Positions 59,201 to 64,000 of a stretch of DNA of 64,000 nucleotides are shown here, in pieces. The position numbers were made by a program, and so were the translations under genes. Under the pieces are notes generated by a model that did no database searches, had not been told where the DNA came from, and saw only the letters and a program-made list of their open reading frames with translations. The stretch is taken from positions 264,069-328,068 of IMG/VR virus record IMGVR_UViG_3300032236_001613; one strand, given 5' to 3'. The number at the start of each line of letters is the position of its first letter. The first letter of the stretch is position 1.

Positions 59201-61780
59201 ACTTTAATACAAGCAGCTAAACTGTCTATACAACAACAAACAGTTAATTGGGTAACTACAAATAACCCTGGATTCGTTTATAATACCTCAACTTGTTATC
59301 GAGATGTTGGATACATTATTGACTGTGTTAGTTTTGATTTACTTAACGGTGGGAATCGTCAAAGTATACAAGCAGGTGCATATTATTATGTGTCAAGTTA
59401 TACAGCAACTAATATTGTTAACGAAATACCTCAAGTAGTTGCTGCTTATAATCAACTTAAGTATCTAATTAGTTCTGTTATACAGAGCCAGAGATTGCCA
59501 AAAACTTATCAAAAAGTTTATGATCAGACTATTATTCCGGCATATATGGGCGTTGCGAGTGCTATTTACGGTGAAGAACTTATCACAGTAGACGCATTAC
59601 GCTATCTAAATGAAATTAGTCAGAAAGTAATAAGTAACACTCCAGTACCTGTTGTAAGATCAACTGCAACACAAACCTTTAATTCTGCGTTTGAGGGAGG
59701 TGTTCATGCTAGTGGACCGGTTGCAAGAAATTACGGAATTATTTCAGATATTATTTCTAATGGTCCAGAAGCTGCTCCGGTATCATTTGTTGGATCGGGA
59801 TTATTTGCTACCACCGGTGTAAGTACTGACGATGTAAGAAATAGTCCTACTATTACTTCAATTACAACACAAAGTAATAACACTTATATTATAACATTGT
59901 CTGGCCCAACAGTTGGTGATTCTCAGAACGGAACATTATATTTCGGTAACACATTAGTTTTCCCTGCTACTGATGCTCAAGTTGAAGAATTGAGCTTAAA
60001 GTATACAGGAAATACTAGTACTTGGAATAGCCGAAAAGTTGATACTATTGGAGCAATGGGAGGCACATTAATCGATGGAGCAGTAATTAGCGATCGAAGC
60101 CCGATCCAATCATATGTATTCGACGCCTTTACACAGATTAACCAAGGTGGTAGGGGAGTACACATTACTAATAATGGATATGCTCAGTTGGTATCTGTAT
60201 TCACAATCTTCTGTAGCGTTGGTGTCCAAACTGATAACGGTGGTATTGCTAGTATTGTTAATAGTAATGCTAACTTCGGTGATATCTGCTTGCTATCTAA
60301 CGGGTTTGGTAAGAAAGAATTCGGCGGAACAATTTATAATCCGCCTTATCCGACTTATCAGCCTAATGGAAAATATTACCCATTTGGCTTCTATCCGCAA
60401 AATGGAAAAGTTGAAATTTATCTACCAGATAAAGCAAATAGACCCCACATCGCTCTTATCATGGAAGTTGAACCACCTGAAACATATATTGATTATTCAG
60501 GTAATGTGGTTCCTTATAAGAACGATCAAGGGTTTCCTGGGTTCTTAAATGCAACTCCGAGTGTTGCGTACTTAACTACAGGAAGCAATATATTATCACC
60601 AATTGACACTAATAGTATTGCTGTAGGTAATGCTGTATACGTTAGAGATCAATACGGTAATACCGGCACAACAGTTAATAATGTTTTTACTCCTTATGTT
60701 TACCCAGGAACTGTTGTAACTGATGTAAGTTATCAAACTGTAACATTGAACAAAGGACTCGGTAGCGGAGGTCAAGATCCTAAGAATACAGCACAGTCAG
60801 TTAACACTGATTACTTTAATGTTTATTTCTGCGGTAATGCCTACTATACAGTACTATCGAGCACTTTAAGTGATAACTTTGCAAATACATTAAACGATGA
60901 CGGAACTATAACTACAAAATATCAGTTAGGTAGTAATATATTAAGTGCTGTTAATACTGCACAACATACTAATCAAATACCATACGAAATCGATATCCTA
61001 GATAATTTATCATTCTTACTTGTTGACGGTGGTAGTGGTCTTTTAAATTCTTTATTAGTTCCAGCACCGGCGGTAGCTTTTGTTAATACTTGTATAGGAA
61101 TTATGAAAGGAATTGTTCAAGCAGCTGATATACTTGCTGCAGAAAATTATCTTGTGCCAACTAAGAAAGGCACTCCGCCAATTGGGGCAAGTGTTGCTAT
61201 TTCTGTGCTGAATACACCATCGGTAATCGAGCAGCTTGTAAATGATACAATTTATTATCTTACTAATATATTGCTTTTTCCGGCCACTTCGTACAATCAG
61301 GAAAAATGTAAAAGAGATATTAAACTTACATTAAAACAGATTACATTTGATCTTGAAACTGGTGGAAATTACTATAGCTATTACTCGGGATTAAGTTATT
61401 GGTATCGATCTGGAACACATCATATTGTTACACTTGAAGAAAATGTAACAAATACTGCACTATTCCCTGACGGAGCTACAGTTAACTTCTATCAAAGAAG
61501 TTATCAAAGTGCAGCAGGTTATACATTTGAATATGTAGGCGCAGGTGTAACTTACAGCGCATTACCTCAACGAGGAATTAAAGATCCTGTTCAAGGTAAA
61601 GAAGTAGTTCAAGTAAATAATGGTAAGGTGTTCTTTACTTCAACCGACCAAAACGGTGATTTTAGAATAGGCCCCGAACTAGTTATTAGCCAGGCAACTG
61701 GTGTGTTAAGTGGTAGAACGTTTACAAAGAGTTTATTCGCTAACATGACTCCGTTCATTCTAGCAATTGAAGGAGGTTAA
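50243..61780 (+). CDS. Giant fibre/tailspike-like virion protein (3845 aa): pectin-lyase-type beta-helix interrupted by 18 CxRD helical repeats
   Basis: Fibre-type N-terminus; GNDTNDG...RTI..A, VVGDDLR, QSPYVQNCT and DAFTQINQGG.GVHITNNGYAQLVSVFTIFC beta-helix motifs; repeated CxRDxGxIxD...DL..GG. Confidence 0.8.
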   Translation: MAIGRISGPLLAKNLIRDGVDLAFETDLLYLDVTTGRIGIRKSNPAYELDVNGTINANNLKVVYTGPGTGQSQLGNLIISTGTISTTVGPIALQPSGNESINLVGNTNVFGNLHATGNITADGNITLGNNTATDVVVFESEIGSNITPSVDNGFSIGSIERNWLNAYVSNLVTNEISSTGTININAGSDLLQINSEIRVTGKNPIGTSPVITNVLHVNLDGNDTNDGRAADPSRACRTITGATRSPYYRPGTLIKVYSGHYLENNPILLQPNTAVVGDDLRTTSIEPINKTQDLFHVQSGCYLAQMQFFNGRSGLLPGPYVNGTNRGAYCTAFPPQVNGAKIDLYQSPYVQNCTNQSGPWLVDGTMFVPNQTVQVPQAVGIAQFSANTTTITVTLTNGSIEPGLNVISGPQDPGFFNARTLMLSNITFIQEQVVAFVNQQVANALPGSPFYQFTYNQAKCYRDVGLIVQNIAYDVTFGGNEKAVEAGLSYWNGVVNYIEGQQVQTTDAINYIGELSQSIIVNQVAPVITTGTAQIINTALIGGGIASDEITNAINIITTIINKGPSSAPTVFNSCGPEAPLVSAELLLQANRNFLQNEVVAYVNSTYPNFVYKQDYCFRDTGLIVDAVSQDIIVGGNTKSIECGLSYFTGGKGDSSVAETAIINNINLIKNIILNGPSVAPPPIVGPNLGGGYSNAQDILKKNLLFVQSEVSAYVRSLFNSNFRLTQKQQNLCYRDIGTILTAIADDVAAGGNINTLNSALSYYSNGLIILPGNQPAETLKSLDYLQYLAVNIVKNKKLTNLYQNYIKQATNPVVGNANQIISIGSNIDRIIDIINNGPTTIINGSPVIPSPIGLIASGDAATQTSATLLHANRYFIQSEIVAYIDNVINNGSGYYQNYSRSKCLRDTGLIVDALVQDLLFGGTSQTDFAGLQYWNQNGYTGQITVELTETINAINYLSYLAQQIVQNITSGTRYTATYHPSGPTAHSQNTSLTSATSAEAAIISSEFTVITNILNNGTAGVTDIIVPNGIVTGTGNITSAVKLLQANKIYIQEQVVGFVEATKPGGFTYDQSKCYRDAGYMVDSVCFDLLYGGNRQAVQSGVYYYAFSSTGAAIADSEKSQTTAAYNYIKTLVSYIVKGSAVPSLYQTAVQQVLPGSVGTSIESEKINANLDLITDIITVGPGIAPPPIPISNQLTYNYNEINAFNLLTSNKDFLAAELTGWIDDTFSVGFNYNANNCHRDTGLIVDSIAFDLLQQDNSQAIFAGLQYWNQAGYTGAIGKELTTTTAAINYAKWLAQKVVVNSTVTNLQTGTTQTFNFASPGSTTASTIIGNLFSTVTNILINGTTGVTNQIVPNTTATTNTATYNAYNLLQANKKFIEEEVIAFVDNNLSQYYYDKTKCSRDTGLIIDAIALDLLYNGTSQSDFAGLQYWNQSGYTGQITVELDQTVSAINFASSLAQQVVQNITAGVRFTPTYYLGGTPTAQTTGTAATSAEAGIIATDFSVITNILINGTAGVTDIIVPNGYSAIGGTVGNAYALLTANKTFIQEQTVAYVETNKPSWFVYNTATCYRDVGYIIDSIRFDLKYGGNKQAVHSGVYYYSFSSSSSAIAPTEKNQITAAYNYIKTLVGYIVTNQTVPAPYQTTVVQSKQGVIATSAEVTALDNNINRITTIINNGPNTTINGSTITPTPINLSFNPTLNSQHAVAQLSANRDFIRAEVIAYLDYFITTQAKPVFVYDQVKCERDVGLIVDALAQDLLFNGTSQSNFSGSQYWAQSGYTGAIGSELTTTTSAINYIRDLAVKVIKNDTTGLRYQSNVSQFTNTSIVVTTTEQQKVYDEFNLIVDIILNGTANVTDRIVPNNLFASSILSVQGAYTLLENNKSYLQAEAVAFVETTKTYGFVYDQTKCRRDIGYMVDSVSFDLLYGGNRQAIQSGVYYYGFSNITAVPNEQVQVTAAYNFIKNISSYIITGQRIPAQYQNNISQVTSYNTGTNVQVTTVTNNINLITSIINGGIGNALTPTPISITPSTNPATLNAAVLLNANRAFIQAETVAYINTMYPAGFNYNRDTCRRDVGYIIDSVSFDLLHGGNRQSVQSGVYYYGYNSNSSVITYELAQVTAAYDRIKQLARGIITNNTVTTTIGNSTPQQFILSANSATSVQISYVENEIDIITDIINNGPNPYYPKKPINLASSSNKGDSDAYKLLLANRQFIQDELIAYINYWFAKPFNYNKATCQRDTGLIIDALAQDLLFGGSSQSDFAAIQYWNQTGYTGLIAVESAQTIEAVTYLKNLAAEVVQNQTTGTTVRYITAASQNTSYTAGTLANATALKTDFDYVINILSNGITGVTDLIVPNSLTASSDTTNAVTVLQANRTYLQQQVVAHVNSLYTGFVYNSTKCSRDTGLIVDALAQDLYFPGTSGNSQIVFSALQYWAQGGNLNIQGTELAATEYAIAQLSTATAAVVTTSLEKSFVQSEFALILNLLNGTTNPATITDAIVPNATTAGIGVVLAAYNAIQSNRDSIISSVANSIKATYPYVWGSIDQAICRRDMGFIIDSISYDLLYNVDPTYVAPSNRQAIQSGIYYLGFSNTTNIPNELPQTTAAYTYLKRVVSYVISAQALPNKYSGASQNISLTAGTSADITAVTNNINLLLNVIKNGPSAAGGIYTPIGLTPNSASANAFALLHANRSFIQAEIIAYINGFTYNATTCARDVGYIVDSVTFDLTYGGNRQAIQSGVYYYTFANSTSVLPTSEVPQTTAAYNYIQTLTNYIVQGIPLPLPYQTKVSQVTSSSVGTSAEISAIDSNINRITTIINNGPTIGGNPVTPTPIGLTPSVTPAVINAANLLESNRAFIQAEVIAYIDTTFPSVFIYDKIKCARDTKLIIDSVALDLVYGGNTQSTFAGLQYWAQGDYTGAIASEITTTTNAIRYAQSLVTATIAGFTSAINSVNSNFDEIVTIINTGTNGITDIIVPNGLPITNTATVTAYTLIQAAKLSIQQQTVNWVTTNNPGFVYNTSTCYRDVGYIIDCVSFDLLNGGNRQSIQAGAYYYVSSYTATNIVNEIPQVVAAYNQLKYLISSVIQSQRLPKTYQKVYDQTIIPAYMGVASAIYGEELITVDALRYLNEISQKVISNTPVPVVRSTATQTFNSAFEGGVHASGPVARNYGIISDIISNGPEAAPVSFVGSGLFATTGVSTDDVRNSPTITSITTQSNNTYIITLSGPTVGDSQNGTLYFGNTLVFPATDAQVEELSLKYTGNTSTWNSRKVDTIGAMGGTLIDGAVISDRSPIQSYVFDAFTQINQGGRGVHITNNGYAQLVSVFTIFCSVGVQTDNGGIASIVNSNANFGDICLLSNGFGKKEFGGTIYNPPYPTYQPNGKYYPFGFYPQNGKVEIYLPDKANRPHIALIMEVEPPETYIDYSGNVVPYKNDQGFPGFLNATPSVAYLTTGSNILSPIDTNSIAVGNAVYVRDQYGNTGTTVNNVFTPYVYPGTVVTDVSYQTVTLNKGLGSGGQDPKNTAQSVNTDYFNVYFCGNAYYTVLSSTLSDNFANTLNDDGTITTKYQLGSNILSAVNTAQHTNQIPYEIDILDNLSFLLVDGGSGLLNSLLVPAPAVAFVNTCIGIMKGIVQAADILAAENYLVPTKKGTPPIGASVAISVLNTPSVIEQLVNDTIYYLTNILLFPATSYNQEKCKRDIKLTLKQITFDLETGGNYYSYYSGLSYWYRSGTHHIVTLEENVTNTALFPDGATVNFYQRSYQSAAGYTFEYVGAGVTYSALPQRGIKDPVQGKEVVQVNNGKVFFTSTDQNGDFRIGPELVISQATGVLSGRTFTKSLFANMTPFILAIEGG

Positions 61781-61789
61781 AGGAATTTT

Positions 61790-62173
61790 ATGGCACAATT
61801 ACCGTTAAATGTATTCAAAACTAAAACAGCAAAATTATCTAACGATACATCTGCTACTGTTTATACTGCTCCGATTGGAGTAACATCGATTATTTTGATG
61901 ACTCAAGTTGCAAATATTGATAGTGTTCCGCATGCTGTAACTTTTGCTCACCGTAGAAATTTGCCTATACTTCCAAATGCACAAGGTACCGGCGGCCAGC
62001 CAGCTGGTATAACAACTGAGTTAGTATTAGATTATCTAATACCTCCGAATGATGCTGCAAGTATGACTACCGGTAAAATGATTATCGAACAATTAGATAG
62101 CGTCATTTGTTATGCTGACACTACAGGAACTTGCAAATTAACTTTGAGTGTATTGGAGACAGCTAATGCTTAA
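61790..62173 (+). CDS. Small beta-rich virion protein, paralog of 49008-49328
   Basis: VYTAPIGVTSIILMTQVAN...IPPNDA....GKMIIE..DS...L.LSVLE. Confidence 0.7.
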   Translation: MAQLPLNVFKTKTAKLSNDTSATVYTAPIGVTSIILMTQVANIDSVPHAVTFAHRRNLPILPNAQGTGGQPAGITTELVLDYLIPPNDAASMTTGKMIIEQLDSVICYADTTGTCKLTLSVLETANA

Positions 62174-62197
62174 TTTTATTAAGGATGGAGAAATTTA

Positions 62198-64000
62198 ATG
62201 CCAGGTCTTATTAGCGGTCGTACACTTGTTACCCCTGGCAGTCAACTAAGTCCATCACGTAACCAATTTTTAGGTCTAAATAATGCTCAGCCAGCGTTAG
62301 GTCCGTCGCCGTCAACTAGTACTGGTTATACTCTAATAACCTATAATACAGGAACTGTATATTCAAGTAGTTTAGGTAATTTAGATTTTAATCTCGGGGT
62401 TATTACTCCAAATCTTGCTAGTTTAAGTACAATTACTTTACAAGTTTCGACGATTACCGGAAATATTAGCTTAATTAGTCAATCAGTATCGTTAACAGGA
62501 TACCTAACATTTACAAATACTGTTTCTAGTTTTATCAATCTCGGCGGAAGACCGAGTCCAAGAATTCCTAACTATTACGAAGGTGTATCGCCGCCGACTA
62601 ATACAATATTTTGGGATGGTGATCAATGGTATGATCCAGTAAACGATGTTCTTTATGAATATATTTTAGACAACAATGGCGAAAGGTGGGTCGATATCAC
62701 TGGGCCTTTTTTCAGCACAGATGTAGCACAATTTGGATATGTAGGTAGTACAGGTGCAGGTTATACCGGAAGTCAAGGTCCGCAAGGTCCTGCAGGTGGG
62801 TATACCGGAAGCCAAGGATATATAGGGTATACTGGAAGCCAAGGCGACCAAGGATTACCAGGCGTAATTGGATATAAAGGAAGCACCGGATACACAGGTA
62901 GTGCAAGTACAGCATCGGGATACGCCGGATCATTAGGGTACGCAGGAAGTATTGGATATACAGGAAGTGCAAGCACAGTAACTGGATACACCGGATCATT
63001 AGGATATATAGGAAGTATTGGGTATTATGGTAGCATTGGGTATACCGGTTCGGCAAGTACGGTAATCGGATATACCGGATCGAGAGGATATACCGGATCA
63101 ACAGGATATTACGGTAGCCAAGGCAATACTGGATATACCGGATCATTAGGATACGTTGGATCAGTTGGATATTACGGAAGTATTGGATACATAGGTAGCC
63201 AAGGGCTTACCGGATACACCGGATCTCTTGGATATATTGGAAGTATTGGATATATCGGCAGTATTGGATACACCGGATATTACGGTAGCCAAGGCAATAC
63301 TGGATATACCGGATCTCTAGGATATATCGGCAGTATTGGATATATCGGCAGTATTGGATACACTGGATCAGCAAGTACTGCAATTGGATACAGTGGTTCA
63401 ATTGGTTATGTTGGTTCTATAGGTTATATCGGTTCATCGGGCGTAGGATATGCAGGTAGCGTAGGATATATCGGATCAGCATATACCGGTAGCATTGGAT
63501 ATACTGGGTCGGCAAGTACTATAATTGGTTATACTGGAAGTTTTGGATACACCGGGAGCATTGGTTATTATGGTAGCATTGGTTATACCGGATCAGCAAG
63601 TACTGTAATCGGTTATACTGGAAGTATCGGATATTATGGATCTATTGGATACACCGGATCAGCAAGTACTGTAATTGGGTATACCGGTAGCATCGGATAT
63701 ACCGGCTCAATTGGGTACGTCGGTTCATCTGGGCTTGGATATGTAGGTAGCGCAGGATACGTTGGATCGGCTTATACCGGTAGTATCGGTTACACCGGTA
63801 GTATTGGTTACAGTGGTAGTATTGGTTACAGTGGTAGTATTGGTTACAGTGGTAGTATCGGATATTATGGTAGTATTGGATATACCGGATCTGCTGGTCC
63901 AGGTTATGCAGGCAGTGTTGGCTATATTGGATCAGCTTATACAGGATCAATCGGATATACCGGATCAGCAAGCACAGTAATTGGATATACTGGATCAGCA
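62198..64000 (+). CDS. Gly-X-Y (collagen-like) repeat fibre protein, 3'-truncated; absent from the ORF track
   Basis: GGAG RBS and ATG at 62198; the frame reads open for 601 codons to the window end: MPGLISGRTLV...GDQWYDP...then GYTGS/GYIGSI repeats. Confidence 0.9.
   Translation, partial: MPGLISGRTLVTPGSQLSPSRNQFLGLNNAQPALGPSPSTSTGYTLITYNTGTVYSSSLGNLDFNLGVITPNLASLSTITLQVSTITGNISLISQSVSLTGYLTFTNTVSSFINLGGRPSPRIPNYYEGVSPPTNTIFWDGDQWYDPVNDVLYEYILDNNGERWVDITGPFFSTDVAQFGYVGSTGAGYTGSQGPQGPAGGYTGSQGYIGYTGSQGDQGLPGVIGYKGSTGYTGSASTASGYAGSLGYAGSIGYTGSASTVTGYTGSLGYIGSIGYYGSIGYTGSASTVIGYTGSRGYTGSTGYYGSQGNTGYTGSLGYVGSVGYYGSIGYIGSQGLTGYTGSLGYIGSIGYIGSIGYTGYYGSQGNTGYTGSLGYIGSIGYIGSIGYTGSASTAIGYSGSIGYVGSIGYIGSSGVGYAGSVGYIGSAYTGSIGYTGSASTIIGYTGSFGYTGSIGYYGSIGYTGSASTVIGYTGSIGYYGSIGYTGSASTVIGYTGSIGYTGSIGYVGSSGLGYVGSAGYVGSAYTGSIGYTGSIGYSGSIGYSGSIGYSGSIGYYGSIGYTGSAGPGYAGSVGYIGSAYTGSIGYTGSASTVIGYTGSA
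62735..64000 (+). repeat. Degenerate 9/18-bp coding repeats (G-Y-x-G-S-x)
   Basis: Recurrent GGATATACCGGATCA and GGTAGTATTGGTTACAGT units; SASTVI spacer repeated many times. Confidence 0.9.

Noticed and set aside
1541-60548. Numerous 60-150 aa ORFs nested in or antisense to long genes (e.g. 42420-42863, 27151-27555, 39442-39819, 60114-60548)
   Set aside because: Fully overlap well-supported genes and show no recognisable motifs; expected shadow ORFs.
62666-63980. Cys/Tyr/Arg-rich ORFs listed in the track
   Set aside because: Antisense and off-frame shadows of the Gly-Tyr-x-Gly-Ser gene starting at 62198.
1-64000. Stop-codon reassignment, as seen in some large phages
   Set aside because: Core genes and 11-13 kb ORFs are intact in code 11, and TAA, TAG and TGA all serve as stops.

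Overview
AT-rich segment of a large T4-related (probably jumbo) myovirus genome in the standard genetic code. From left to right: a 5'-truncated thyA; a minus-strand baseplate/tail-fibre block (four paralogous fibres, a 4340-aa baseplate-type protein, gp6-, gp25-, gp5-, gp53- and gp48/54-like genes); a plus-strand gp55 late sigma factor, gp47/gp46, an Hc1-like basic protein and a minimal GIY-YIG nuclease; a gp26/gp51-like pair divergent from a tape-measure-like gene; the head module (portal, acidic core, protease, scaffold, major capsid); and a fibre cluster with a 3845-aa repeat protein and a 3'-truncated Gly-Tyr-X-Gly-Ser repeat protein that the ORF track missed. The most notable non-annotated signals are: (1) a ~360-nt densely base-paired, pseudoknotted ncRNA candidate directly behind the GIY-YIG gene, followed by a primosome-assembly-site-like tract; (2) a T-TTT-TTC -1 slippery site that would fuse the gp26-like and gp51-like ORFs in lambda G/GT fashion; (3) TAAATA late promoters positioned to give leaderless mRNAs; and (4) two structured 5' leaders that start at predicted late transcription start sites. 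All family assignments come from motif recognition by eye, not database searches.
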